From the NCBI GenBank assembly GCA_021161465.1, contig JAGHAM010000036.1:13512-77511 (forward strand): DNA of 64,000 nucleotides, given 5' to 3'. Shown here piece after piece: positions 52,561 to 62,601 of the stretch. Numbering within the stretch: the stretch's first letter is position 1; each line of letters begins with the position of its first letter. The stretch comes from Candidatus Iainarchaeum sp. Lineage in GTDB: Archaea > B1Sed10-29 > WALL01 > JAGHAM01. A model generated the notes under the pieces. That model saw only the letters and a program-made list of their open reading frames with translations. It was not told the origin of the DNA and made no database searches. The translations under genes and the position numbers were made by a program.

Positions 52561-54909
52561 GTGATTAAGTCAGTAGTGCTTGAAAACTGGAAATCCCATG
52601 AGAAGACAGAGCTAGAGTTTACCAGTGGAACGAATGTCTTGATTGGGCAGATGGGTGCAGGAAAGACAAGTGTCATGGATGGCATAACCTTTGCATTGTT
52701 TGGCACCTTTCCAGCGCTTCAGGCCAGAAAACTGAAGCTTGACCAGTGCATAATGGACAAGCCAGAGAAGAAGCAAAAAGCAAAAGTCCAGCTGATTTTC
52801 TCTTTGAACGGAAGCAGCTACGAAATTATCCGGGAAGTTGAGAGAGGCAAGGGGACAACATTTTCTGAGTTCAAAAAGGATGGTACTGTAATAGAAAAGC
52901 CAAACTCTCAGCGTGTGACCGAAGCGATAATCCGTGAGATTCAGGTGGATTACGAACTTTTCTCTCGTGCCGTTTACTCGGAGCAGAACCAGATAGATTA
53001 CTTCCTGCAGATACCAGCTGGCCAGCGCAAGAGGAAGATAGATGAGTTGCTGAAACTGGACAGGCTTGAGAAGGCGAGGTCTGCACTCACCACAGTTGTG
53101 ACGCGATTGAAGACACAGGCAAAGGATAAGGCTAAGGCCATAGAAGATTTTGAGAGGGAAAACATTGCTGAGAAGATTAGGAGCCTCGAGGCTGAGATGA
53201 AGGAGATAGAAGAGAACAAGTCCAAGAACTCCTCAGAGCTTGAAGGCAAGCGCGAGTTGCTTGAGAAAATCTCCACAGAGCTGAAGAGCTTGGAGGAGAA
53301 GGAAAAACGCGTAAGGGATTTGGAGAACCAGCTTAGTTCCATAAAGGGGCAGCTAGGTGAGCTATCTGAGAAGATAGAATCCCTTAAGCACAGGCTTGGC
53401 GACAAGCTGGAGAAAGATTTAAAACATGAAAAAGAGGAGCTCGAAAGGAAGAGCAAAGAGATAACTCTTTCTCTGGAAAAGCTGAACGCCGAGGGATTGC
53501 AGAAGGAGCTTTCCGAGCTGAGCGCGCGTGTTGGCTCGCTTAAAACAACTGTTGAAGAGCTCTCTACCAAAGCTAAGGAGAAGGAAGAGGTTGAAAGAAA
53601 GCTAAGCTTACTGAAAAAAGAGGACTGGAAAAAGAAGCTTGATGATAAAAAAGAAGAACTAAAGCGCCTGGAGGAAAGTTTAACAGGGTTCAAGATTGTG
53701 ATTGAGAACGAGAACAAGCGCATAGGGGAGCTTGAAAAGGCTGGCGATAAATGCCCTGTTTGTGACTCACCAATTTCCAAAACAAAGAAAGAAGAGCTCA
53801 AGAAAAAGTCACTTAATGCTATTGAGTCGGCAAAATCTAGAATAAAAGAGCTGGAAGAGAGAATAAGCAAGATAAGTTTGGATGAGATTGAGGGCAAGAT
53901 TCATGAAACTGAAACACTCTCAAGAAGGCTTGAGGAGCTTGATGTTGCAGGGAAGCTAAAAAAAGCTAAGGAAGAGCTTTTCAAAGCTGAAGCCGAGCTT
54001 GAAAAGAAAAAAGCAGAGCAGGAGAAGGTAGCTGCGGACAGAAAGGAGCTTGAGAAGGAAAAGGAAGAAGTGTTTAAGCGCTTATCAGATGCTGAACGAG
54101 TTGTTGAGCTACAGGGTGAGTACACGGCCGCACGTGAACAAAAAACTAAAAAGTCTGAGGAGCTGTCAGGAATAGAAAAACAGATTGCAGAGATGAAGTT
54201 TGATGAGAACTTGTTGTCGCAAAGGAGGAAAGCTAAGGAAGAGCTGGGGATTGAGGTTAGCAAGCTAGAGGGGTTGGTTGCATCCTTAAAACAGTTGCTT
54301 GAGGAGAAAGGCAAGCGCTTGGATGAGATTAAACTGAAGGAGAAACAAATTGCCCAATGGAAGGAAGATGTGGGATTCCTGAGGAAACAGGCTGGTGCAA
54401 TGGAAGTTTTCAAGAAAGCCCTTGAGGCAACACAAGTCCAGCTTAGGGAAGAGACGCTTTCAGCGTTGAACGTGGGTATGGAAGATATATGGCCTAGGAT
54501 ATACCCATATGGGGACTACACTGGCTTGCGACTGGGCATAGAGGGTGGCGATTACATACTGCAATTGAAGAGGCGGGATGGGAATTGGATAGACGTTGAG
54601 GGCACAGCCAGTGGCGGTGAGCGCTCTGCTGCTTGCCTTGCTTTGAGAATTGCATTTTCCTTGGTGCTAACCCAGAATCTTTCGTGGCTTGTCCTTGATG
54701 AGCCAACCCATAACCTGGATAGTCAGGGTGTGGCAATGTTGTCAAAAGCATTAAGGGAACATCTCCCAGAGTTAGTAGAGCAGGTTTTTATAATAACTCA
54801 CGACGATGAGATGGAATCAGCTGTCAGCGGCGCGCTCTACAGACTTGAAAGGGATAAAGAGCAGGACGAGCCGTCCAGGGCCATACTTGTTAATATGGGA
54901 GCGAAATGA
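52561..54909 (+). CDS. Rad50/SbcC-family SMC-like ABC ATPase with CxxC zinc hook
   Basis: Walker A GQMGAGKTS. Long coiled coils around a CPVCDS hook. Signature ASGGERSAACLAL. D-loop LVLDEPTHNLD. No mre11 nearby. Confidence 0.75.
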   Translation: MIKSVVLENWKSHEKTELEFTSGTNVLIGQMGAGKTSVMDGITFALFGTFPALQARKLKLDQCIMDKPEKKQKAKVQLIFSLNGSSYEIIREVERGKGTTFSEFKKDGTVIEKPNSQRVTEAIIREIQVDYELFSRAVYSEQNQIDYFLQIPAGQRKRKIDELLKLDRLEKARSALTTVVTRLKTQAKDKAKAIEDFERENIAEKIRSLEAEMKEIEENKSKNSSELEGKRELLEKISTELKSLEEKEKRVRDLENQLSSIKGQLGELSEKIESLKHRLGDKLEKDLKHEKEELERKSKEITLSLEKLNAEGLQKELSELSARVGSLKTTVEELSTKAKEKEEVERKLSLLKKEDWKKKLDDKKEELKRLEESLTGFKIVIENENKRIGELEKAGDKCPVCDSPISKTKKEELKKKSLNAIESAKSRIKELEERISKISLDEIEGKIHETETLSRRLEELDVAGKLKKAKEELFKAEAELEKKKAEQEKVAADRKELEKEKEEVFKRLSDAERVVELQGEYTAAREQKTKKSEELSGIEKQIAEMKFDENLLSQRRKAKEELGIEVSKLEGLVASLKQLLEEKGKRLDEIKLKEKQIAQWKEDVGFLRKQAGAMEVFKKALEATQVQLREETLSALNVGMEDIWPRIYPYGDYTGLRLGIEGGDYILQLKRRDGNWIDVEGTASGGERSAACLALRIAFSLVLTQNLSWLVLDEPTHNLDSQGVAMLSKALREHLPELVEQVFIITHDDEMESAVSGALYRLERDKEQDEPSRAILVNMGAK

Positions 54910-54958
54910 CCACAATTTTTAAATAAGCAATACAATAAACACTAAAGAGGAGAGATTA

Positions 54959-55486
54959 ATGCACAGATTTAGTCTTGGTTCTTTATGGGAGGTAGTGACC
55001 ATCCCCTTCGTAGTGATGGTCATATGGAGCTTAGTTGTGTTTGTGATTGGAGTTATTGGCAGTGTGCCCGACTTAAGCATGGAGGCAGCAGGCTCTGGTT
55101 TGGTAGGCTTGATATTGGGGTTTATTAGCTCTTTGTTGCTTGTAATAATGTCTCTGATAGTCGGCTTTAATGCAGCTAGGAATAAGCTAACTGGATTAAA
55201 ATCTTACCTAATCTGTGGAGCTTTATTTGGTTTTCTAGCAAGCCTTTTTGCTGGGATATTAGATTTTATCCTAGCTGTGATTGGCTGGCTAAGTGGCCAG
55301 CCTGCAGCCAGCGGCCTTCAGGGCATCTCACTTAGAGTGATTCTTTCTTTAATCGGTATGCAGGTAAATCCTGTGTGGAATCTTGGTTTGGTACTGGGCA
55401 ATGCTATCTTACTTATGGCTGTGGGTGTATTAGGTGGGGCAATACTAGCAACAATAGCAGGAGCCCTAACTGAAAGGCTTTCCTGA
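54959..55486 (+). CDS. hypothetical polytopic membrane protein
   Basis: About five TM helices. Confidence 0.4.
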   Translation: MHRFSLGSLWEVVTIPFVVMVIWSLVVFVIGVIGSVPDLSMEAAGSGLVGLILGFISSLLLVIMSLIVGFNAARNKLTGLKSYLICGALFGFLASLFAGILDFILAVIGWLSGQPAASGLQGISLRVILSLIGMQVNPVWNLGLVLGNAILLMAVGVLGGAILATIAGALTERLS

Positions 55487-55534
55487 TGTTAGTTTTAAAT
55501 AAACGAATGATTTAATACACAAAGGGGTGTCAGT

Positions 55535-55816
55535 ATGGAAATATACAAGGCAGATGTTGTCTCAATAACCAAGATGCTTGCTATTCTTGGGCTGGTCTTT
55601 GGTTTCCTGGTTGGCATATTAGTGTTTTTTCTTAACATTGTGACTGCAATCTCATCTGGTGCCGATTTGGTAAATTCCTTTGTCTGGGGAATCGTTCTCT
55701 GGATTGCTTATTTCTTTGGTACTACAATAGGTATGGCTTTAGTTGGGGCTATTGGAACCATCGTGTTCAACCTAGTGGCGGAGAAGATTGGCGGAATAAA
55801 TATAGAGCTAAGGTAG
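55535..55816 (+). CDS. hypothetical small membrane protein
   Basis: Three TM helices. Confidence 0.4.
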   Translation: MEIYKADVVSITKMLAILGLVFGFLVGILVFFLNIVTAISSGADLVNSFVWGIVLWIAYFFGTTIGMALVGAIGTIVFNLVAEKIGGINIELR

Positions 55817-56440
55817 TTAGTCCTCGATGAGTGGAACAAAGCTGCACGGGAAGTTAAGGTTGGTTTCTTTTAGCTCTTTGTTTCTCTCCACCAGCATAAG
55901 CTCTGCAGACAGTGGATTCCCAACAGGAATTACCATCCTCCCTTTTTCAGCTAGCTGCTCTTCAAGTTGCTTTGGGATTCTGCGCGCTGCACAGCTTACT
56001 ACTATCCTATCAAACGGCGCATACTCATGGAGGCCTTTTGAGCCATCACCCAGTAAGACCTTGACATTGGTATAACCCTTTAGATTGCTTTTAGCCGTTG
56101 CTGCAAGCTCTGGGATTCTCTCTGTGGTGTAAACTCGGCCCTTTTCACCAACTAGGGCTGACAATATTGCCGCCTGGTAGCCAGAGCCTGCCCCGACCTC
56201 AAGCACTTTATTGCCGGATTCTGGTTTAAGCGCTTGCGTCATAACAGCCACCATATGTGGTGCGGAGATAGTCTGGTTTCTGCCTATTGGAAGTGGCGCA
56301 TCGGCGTAAGCCCTATCATGAAATTCTTCTGGAACGAAGAGTTTTCTATCAACTGCTCTCATTGCAGCTTCAACTTGCTTATTTGATAGTAACCCTGTTT
56401 GGACTAAGTGGTCAATTAGTGCGTCATTTGAGTAAGGCAT
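55817..56440 (-). CDS. pcm: protein-L-isoaspartate O-methyltransferase
   Basis: SAM motif VLEVGAGSGYQAA and PIMT pre/post motifs. Start at internal Met MPYSNDAL. The upstream 40 codons look like promoter read-through. Confidence 0.85.
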   Translation of the reverse strand: MPYSNDALIDHLVQTGLLSNKQVEAAMRAVDRKLFVPEEFHDRAYADAPLPIGRNQTISAPHMVAVMTQALKPESGNKVLEVGAGSGYQAAILSALVGEKGRVYTTERIPELAATAKSNLKGYTNVKVLLGDGSKGLHEYAPFDRIVVSCAARRIPKQLEEQLAEKGRMVIPVGNPLSAELMLVERNKELKETNLNFPCSFVPLIED

Positions 56441-56554
56441 GATTATCAAAGGGATTGCCAACAATAAAACAGTAACTCCAAACATGTATGAAAAGTTTAT
56501 ATATATAAAAATATTATATACTAGTGGCGGTACGGTAGCCAGTGGGGGATACAG

Positions 56555-56938
56555 ATGCATGTTAGGATTCCATCAGACGTAAAAAAAGATTTAGAGCCAA
56601 TCAGAAAGGCAGTTGTACCTAAAATAATCCCCCTGTTTTGCTTGGCGCTCATAAACGAGAAGCCCAGATATGGCTATGACATCATCAAGGAAGCCGCGCG
56701 GGTCAAGGACGAGATGGTTGGTCTTCCAATGAAAAAGACATACACCAATGCAGCGGTCATATACCCAACATTGCACAAGCTTGAGAAGGATGGGCTCCTT
56801 GAGTCTAAGTGGGATGAAAGGAGAAAGGTTTACCACATAACCCGCAAAGGCAAGAGAAGGCTTGATATAAGTAGGGGAGTCTGGAAGGCATCGATTGATG
56901 CCCAAATGAAAATGTATAAAAAAATGTTTGAAAGGTGA
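56555..56938 (+). CDS. PadR-family transcriptional regulator
   Basis: Winged helix (KPRYGYDIIKEA...IYPTLHKLEKDGLLES) and C-terminal helix. Confidence 0.8.
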   Translation: MHVRIPSDVKKDLEPIRKAVVPKIIPLFCLALINEKPRYGYDIIKEAARVKDEMVGLPMKKTYTNAAVIYPTLHKLEKDGLLESKWDERRKVYHITRKGKRRLDISRGVWKASIDAQMKMYKKMFER

Positions 56939-58203
56939 TTGATATGAAAAAAATTTTAAGTTTGGTTTTGCCACTATTGCTCCTTACAGGGCTGGTGTTA
57001 GCGGGTGGATATAAGTCTGCTTTACTTTCCCACCCTCTGGATGCGAACACCTACCCAACGGTTGTAAGACCAGGAGATACTGGAGTATACGTAGAAATAC
57101 CAATAACTAACTACTTTAGCTATAGCTATGAGAACATCTCAACCAGGCTAGAGGTCCAAACGCCATTTAAGGGTATAAAAACCCAAAATTTTATACGACG
57201 GATTGGGCCCGGTGAGAGGAAGAGCTTGTTTTACAAGATAGACATTGATTCTAATGCCAATCCAGGGGAATACCTGGTTAACCACTATATGAACTACAGC
57301 TATACAGAATACGATGATGATGGAGACCCACACACATACAATATCACCGTGAAGAAAGTTATAGCGATTACCGTTAGCTATTCGGAAGATATAGAAATAA
57401 CTTCTGTCGGGTTTGACCCAATTGAAATAAAACCCGGTGATGAAACACTACTCAAAGTTAGTGTCAAGAACACAGGAAGCATCCCGGTGAGGGACGTTGA
57501 GGTCTCCTACTCAGGATTTTCTGAAACCTCCACAACAGTTTCAACTGCGGGGGCAGTCTCAGAAACCAAAGTAAACTTTGTCCCGCTTGAGGCAACAAAG
57601 AAGACCATCAGTTCTATCGCGCCCAACGAAACAAAAACTATCACGTTTAAGATGCGCTCTGTCAAAGACACGGCAGTTAAGGCCTACCAGATGCCAGTGA
57701 CTGTTAGCTTCGATGGTGGCACTCTGACAGATAACGCGGTCATAAACGTGATTGGGAAACCAGACATGAGGTTAGCTGGTTTCCAGTCGGACAAAGAGAC
57801 AATAAAACAAGGCCAGTTGTTCTCATTGTCAGTGCAGTTAGAGAATGTAGGGACCGGGAGTGCAAAGTCAGTCAAGGCTGAAATTTTAAATGGGAATGCG
57901 ACAGCTAACCTAACAGGAATAACTACCTCCTACATAGGAACAATAGACCCAGATGATACAGGAACGGCAATATTTTCCCTTGAGGATACGAATCCAGGAA
58001 AGCACAGTGTTGAAGTTAAAGTATCATTTGAAGACGAATATGGCAACACTATGAGCAAGGACTATCAGGTGGAGTACATCATAACGAAAGTGCCACCAGA
58101 CTACAGCGCGGTGATAATAGCTGTGCTAATCGTTCTTGGGATAATATACTTTGTATACAGGAGATACAAGAGGAAAAAGGAACTTGAAGAGCTGGTGAAG
58201 TAA
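56935..58203 (+). CDS. secreted CARDB/Ig-like-domain surface protein with C-terminal TM anchor
   Basis: Signal peptide. Three beta-sandwich repeats (LKVSVKNTGSIPV.., SVQLENVGTGSAKSV..). C-terminal TM plus RRYKRKK. Confidence 0.6.
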   Translation: MIDMKKILSLVLPLLLLTGLVLAGGYKSALLSHPLDANTYPTVVRPGDTGVYVEIPITNYFSYSYENISTRLEVQTPFKGIKTQNFIRRIGPGERKSLFYKIDIDSNANPGEYLVNHYMNYSYTEYDDDGDPHTYNITVKKVIAITVSYSEDIEITSVGFDPIEIKPGDETLLKVSVKNTGSIPVRDVEVSYSGFSETSTTVSTAGAVSETKVNFVPLEATKKTISSIAPNETKTITFKMRSVKDTAVKAYQMPVTVSFDGGTLTDNAVINVIGKPDMRLAGFQSDKETIKQGQLFSLSVQLENVGTGSAKSVKAEILNGNATANLTGITTSYIGTIDPDDTGTAIFSLEDTNPGKHSVEVKVSFEDEYGNTMSKDYQVEYIITKVPPDYSAVIIAVLIVLGIIYFVYRRYKRKKELEELVK

Positions 58204-59343
58204 TTGCTCAAGATAGCCTATGAGAACCTTACAAGAAATAAGGCTCGTACAGCATTGTCAGTTATGGCACTGGTCATAGGCGTAGTTGCTATCATAACTA
58301 TGGTTTCAGTATCGGATGGCATACGCAATTCTATGGTAGAAGCAATTTCTGGTATGAATGGAATCATAGTATGGGAAAAGGATGCCCTTGACCTTCCTTT
58401 CTCATGTCTCCCAATGAGTTACGAGAAGAAGCTAGAGGCGATACCGGGTGTCAAGGTGGTTTTTCCAGAAGTTTATGGACTTGTGAACACTATAGAGGGT
58501 GAGAAACCAAAAGGGGGTTCTATGACGATGGGCATGGCCGTCCTCGCAGGGTTTGACCCGGTCAAGGAACAGCAGAGAGTAGGCAGTATCTATGGTGTTG
58601 AAGTTGAAAAAGGAAGAAACCTACAGCCTGGAGACAAATACGTTGCAGTCATTGGCCACCAACTAGCGGATGAGTACGATAAAAGAGTAGGCTCCATAAT
58701 GAAAGTTAATGGAAAGAGGTTCAAAGTTATAGGCATTCTTGAGGAAAGCCAATATGCGGGCTCAGCAGTTGTCGTACCAATAGACATTGCCAGGGAACTA
58801 GCTGGTTTAGATTCGGATACGGTTAATTCATTTACAGTGCAAACCTACAATCCATCTGACCAGGAGGGGGTGTCAAAAATTATAGAAGCCAGGCTCGATG
58901 ATGTTGATGCTATGAGCACACAAGCCATGCTTAAAGACCTGGAAGAGGTTATGGTGATTTTTGACTGGGCGTTTATCCTATTGTCATCGATATCTCTGTT
59001 GATAGCAGGGATTGGAATAATCAACACCATGCTGATGTCAGTCATGGATAGACAAAAAGAGATTGGCGTATTGAAGGCTGTAGGCTGGTCAAGTGAGGAT
59101 GTGCTGAAGCTGGTGCTTTACGAATCAGCTTTGATAGGAGTGTTTGGTGGTTTGCTAGGGTGCATAGCTGGGGGACTTGTTGTTATCGGAATAGAGAATG
59201 TTGTGGAGTTTGGCCTAACCCTTAGTTGGACTACAATTCTTGGAGCGTTTGCCTTTGCAGTTTTTGCTGGGCTAGTCGGAGGAGTCTACCCTGCATGGAA
59301 GATTAGCAGGATAGACCCAATACAAGCTATAAGAATGGAGTGA
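58204..59343 (+). CDS. ABC transporter permease (FtsX/MacB-like)
   Basis: N-terminal TM, large extracytoplasmic domain, three C-terminal TMs, KAVGWSSEDV motif. Confidence 0.8.
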   Translation: MLKIAYENLTRNKARTALSVMALVIGVVAIITMVSVSDGIRNSMVEAISGMNGIIVWEKDALDLPFSCLPMSYEKKLEAIPGVKVVFPEVYGLVNTIEGEKPKGGSMTMGMAVLAGFDPVKEQQRVGSIYGVEVEKGRNLQPGDKYVAVIGHQLADEYDKRVGSIMKVNGKRFKVIGILEESQYAGSAVVVPIDIARELAGLDSDTVNSFTVQTYNPSDQEGVSKIIEARLDDVDAMSTQAMLKDLEEVMVIFDWAFILLSSISLLIAGIGIINTMLMSVMDRQKEIGVLKAVGWSSEDVLKLVLYESALIGVFGGLLGCIAGGLVVIGIENVVEFGLTLSWTTILGAFAFAVFAGLVGGVYPAWKISRIDPIQAIRME

Positions 59344-59346
59344 AAC

Positions 59347-60486
59347 ATGATAAAATTAGCACTTGAGAACCTGATGAGAAGGAAGTCGAGGACCTTCCTA
59401 GCTATGCTTGGGCTTATCGTTGGAGTCATGACAATAATATCCCTAATTTCTATAACAGAGGGTGTCCGGCTTAAGGTTTCTGAAATTGTGTCTGAGGTCA
59501 AGGGCATCATGGTGGTAGAGGCAAATGTCAGTATGCCAATGCTTTCAAGACTTGATGCTTCTGATGACAATAAAATAAAAGGGATATCTGGGGTTAGTGT
59601 TGTCTGCCCAAGGGTTGTCGGCTCTGTAGTTTTGCTTAAGGAGGGTGAGGAAAGAAAGAGCACGGCTATGCCAACTACAATTTACGGCATATCTCCAGGT
59701 GTAGAAGCCCTAACGAAGAAAGGTCTGTTGCCCTTTGGCGGGCAGCTTGATAAGGGGCGAATGCTGACAAGTGCAGACAAATATTCTGTCATTATAGATG
59801 AGAAAACAGCTGATGACCAGAAAAAGACTGTTGGTTCCAAGATTGAAATAAGGGGCGAGAAGTATAAGGTGGTTGGCATATCACCTGCTATCGGCGGGCA
59901 GGGCAGAACAATAATCTTACCGATAGACCAGGCTAGGAGGATACTTGAAATCAGCAGTGATAAGGTCACAGGGTTTTTTGTTGAGGTTGTTGACCCATCG
60001 CAGGACAAACTCATAGCTAAAAAAATCGAGGCTAAGCTTGGGAACGCTGAAGCAAGAACCACGGAGGAGTTTGCTTCACAGGTTATGGGGATGCTGGCAA
60101 ATGTTAATTCCTTCCTCTGGGTAGTTTCAGCAATAGCAGTTATCATCAGTGCGCTTGGGATAATCAACACTGTGTTGATGTCAGTCAGGGAGAGGACAAA
60201 AGAGTTCGGCATTTTGAAGGCTGTAGGCTGGTCAAGTGGGGACGTGCTAAAGCTGGTAATAGTTGAGTCTTTTCTTATAGGGGTTGGAGGCGGGTTCTTC
60301 GGGATAATTCTTGGGATAGTCCTGGTTTCTATAGCAAGGCCGCTGCTTGGAATACCATTAGCGGTTACCCCTATACTAGCGGTTCAGGCAGCAGTGTTTG
60401 CAATGGTTGTAGGCGCGCTAGGTGGGATTTACCCAGCATGGGAGGCAAGCAAGCTCGACCCAATACAAGCTATATCAAAGGAGTGA
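59347..60486 (+). CDS. ABC transporter permease (FtsX/MacB-like), paralog of the preceding gene
   Basis: Same architecture. KAVGWSSGDV. Confidence 0.8.
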   Translation: MIKLALENLMRRKSRTFLAMLGLIVGVMTIISLISITEGVRLKVSEIVSEVKGIMVVEANVSMPMLSRLDASDDNKIKGISGVSVVCPRVVGSVVLLKEGEERKSTAMPTTIYGISPGVEALTKKGLLPFGGQLDKGRMLTSADKYSVIIDEKTADDQKKTVGSKIEIRGEKYKVVGISPAIGGQGRTIILPIDQARRILEISSDKVTGFFVEVVDPSQDKLIAKKIEAKLGNAEARTTEEFASQVMGMLANVNSFLWVVSAIAVIISALGIINTVLMSVRERTKEFGILKAVGWSSGDVLKLVIVESFLIGVGGGFFGIILGIVLVSIARPLLGIPLAVTPILAVQAAVFAMVVGALGGIYPAWEASKLDPIQAISKE

Positions 60487-60491
60487 CATGT

Positions 60492-61169
60492 ATGAAGACA
60501 CCATTACTTGAAGCGAGAGATGTGTACAGGGAGTATCTACTGGGCAAGACAGTAGTCAAAGCCCTAAGGGGAGTGGATGTCGTTATCCACAAAGGGGATT
60601 TTGTTTTCATAGTTGGACCATCCGGTTCTGGCAAATCAACGCTGATGCACATACTTGGAGCTCTGGACCACCCCACAAAAGGAAGTGTTCTGCTTGATGG
60701 AAAGAACCTTGCAAGGCTGTCTGACTGGCAGCTTTCTATGGTGAGGCGCAACCGTGTTGGGTTTGTTTTCCAAGGCTTCAATCTGGTTCATTCCTTAAAC
60801 GCCAAAGAGAATGTTATGCTGCCGTTGCAAACAAGCGATATAGACAAGGTCACGCTTGAGGCGAGGGCAATAAAGCTGCTTATGGAGGTTGGGCTCAAGC
60901 ATAGGATAAACCACAGGCCAAATGAACTCTCTGGTGGGGAGAGACAAAGGGTAGCAACAGCCAGAGCTTTGATAAATGAGCCAGAGATTATCCTAGCTGA
61001 TGAACCTACAGGAGAGCTGGACTCAAAGACTGGAGCCGAGATAATGGGTCTAATGAGGACTATCAACAAAGAGAAGGGCACAACCTTTGTGATAGTGACG
61101 CACGATACAGAATACATAACTGAGAAAGACAAAGTTTTTAGGATAAGGGATGGGAAGATAATAAGATAG
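60492..61169 (+). CDS. ABC transporter ATP-binding protein (MacB/LolD-like)
   Basis: Walker A GPSGSGKST, signature LSGGERQR, Walker B ILADEPT, H-loop THD. Start at MKTPLL just after the permease stop. Confidence 0.9.
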   Translation: MKTPLLEARDVYREYLLGKTVVKALRGVDVVIHKGDFVFIVGPSGSGKSTLMHILGALDHPTKGSVLLDGKNLARLSDWQLSMVRRNRVGFVFQGFNLVHSLNAKENVMLPLQTSDIDKVTLEARAIKLLMEVGLKHRINHRPNELSGGERQRVATARALINEPEIILADEPTGELDSKTGAEIMGLMRTINKEKGTTFVIVTHDTEYITEKDKVFRIRDGKIIR

Positions 61170-61191
61170 AGCATAATAGAATGGTGAGCGT

Positions 61192-62601
61192 ATGGACGAA
61201 GTTGCTTTACTTAATTCCTTTCTTGGAAGTACAGTAGTTAGGGAGTTATTGCAAAGGATGACCGGTAATTGTGAGGTGTGCGGGAATAGATTGTATAATT
61301 ATCTAAGTAAGTATGCTGGTGAGGAAGTTAATCTTTGCAAGACTTGTGAACTTGGTTATGAAACTTTCTTCAAGGGAGCAATTTTAGCGGCAAAAAAGAA
61401 GTACGGTGTCACTGATGAAGAACTAAGAGAGTTTGTTTCTTATACATTTAACAGAAGAGCAATCTTAAACATAGCTCACGGAGTTATAGACAATGGTCTA
61501 CAAGAACCGCTTGTACCCAGAGCGCCTACTCTGGTAGTTTGGAACGTTACGAAGGCATGTAATCTCCATTGCAAACACTGCTACGAAAACGCTGGAGAAC
61601 CAATGCCTGATGAGCTTACAACTGAAGAAGCTACGGATCTTATCGATAAGATGAGTAACTTTGGTGTTGCTACAATCGCTTTTTCTGGTGGAGAACCACT
61701 ACTAAGAAAAGATTTAACCAAGTTGGTAGAGCGAGCTAGTAGTCATGGTATGTTCGTTTCAATTGCCACCAATGGAACGCTTTTGAGTCTCAAGAAAGCC
61801 CAAGAGCTGAAAAAAGCAGGAGTGGGTTATGTTGAAATTAGCATAGATTCTCCATACGAGGAGGCACATGATGAGTTTAGGGGGGTTCCTGGTTCTTGGA
61901 GACGGGCTTGGAAAGGTTTGGAAAATGCACGTAAGGCTGGCATGACTAACGGTATAGCCTATACTGTAACGAAGAAAAGTGTAGGTGATGCACAAACGAT
62001 GATTAAAATGGCTTTAGGAAAAGTCGATACTTTAATGTTCTTTAACTTTGTCCCAACAGGCAGAGCTATTGATAAAGAGGAATTAGATCTCTCTCCAGAA
62101 GAGCGAGAGGCATTTCTCAGGCAGGTTTACGAACAATTCGAGAAATATCAGGGAAAGATAATGATATCTTCAACCGCCCCCCAGTTGGGCAGGGTTTGCG
62201 TGCAAGAAAGGGGACCTGGTATGATGCATCTTATAGCTGTGAAAGAGAAGGCAAAGCAACTGGTGAGGCTCATTGGAGGATGTGGTGCTGGAAGGCTTTA
62301 TTGTGCTTTGGAACCCAATGGGGATGTGAAACCGTGTGTTTTCTTACCCATAGTGGTTGGGAATGTGAGAGAAAAACCATTCGATAGGATCTGGTCAGAA
62401 AACCCAATCCTACTTGCCTTAAGAGATAAGAATCTCTTGGAGGGAAGTTGTGGTTCTTGTGAGTATAAGACAGTGTGCGGGGGATGTAGATCCAGGGCTT
62501 ATGCCTTAACTCAAAATTATCTGGGTGGCGATCCTGGTTGTATTTACTATAAGAGATGGACGAGGAAATCAACAGCTGCTACTCAGAAGCAACCCGTTTG
62601 A
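61192..62601 (+). CDS. radical SAM/SPASM-domain enzyme with about 110 aa Cys-containing N-terminal extension
   Basis: CNLHCKHC radical SAM cluster. GGEPLL. C-terminal SPASM Cys pattern (CGAG..C.....C..C, C.SC...C.GGC). N-terminal CEVCGN...CKTC. Confidence 0.8.
   Translation: MDEVALLNSFLGSTVVRELLQRMTGNCEVCGNRLYNYLSKYAGEEVNLCKTCELGYETFFKGAILAAKKKYGVTDEELREFVSYTFNRRAILNIAHGVIDNGLQEPLVPRAPTLVVWNVTKACNLHCKHCYENAGEPMPDELTTEEATDLIDKMSNFGVATIAFSGGEPLLRKDLTKLVERASSHGMFVSIATNGTLLSLKKAQELKKAGVGYVEISIDSPYEEAHDEFRGVPGSWRRAWKGLENARKAGMTNGIAYTVTKKSVGDAQTMIKMALGKVDTLMFFNFVPTGRAIDKEELDLSPEEREAFLRQVYEQFEKYQGKIMISSTAPQLGRVCVQERGPGMMHLIAVKEKAKQLVRLIGGCGAGRLYCALEPNGDVKPCVFLPIVVGNVREKPFDRIWSENPILLALRDKNLLEGSCGSCEYKTVCGGCRSRAYALTQNYLGGDPGCIYYKRWTRKSTAATQKQPV

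Noticed and set aside
52998-54413. Long serine-rich minus-strand ORFs (299 aa and 170 aa) antisense to the Rad50-like gene
   Set aside because: They are low-complexity S/F/L-rich translations of the antisense of a K/E-rich coiled-coil gene, which is a typical artefact.
60438-60491. N-terminal extension of the ABC ATPase ORF overlapping the permease
   Set aside because: Canonical ATPase start MKTPLLEARDV begins at 60492, right after the permease stop. The upstream 18 codons are likely not translated.
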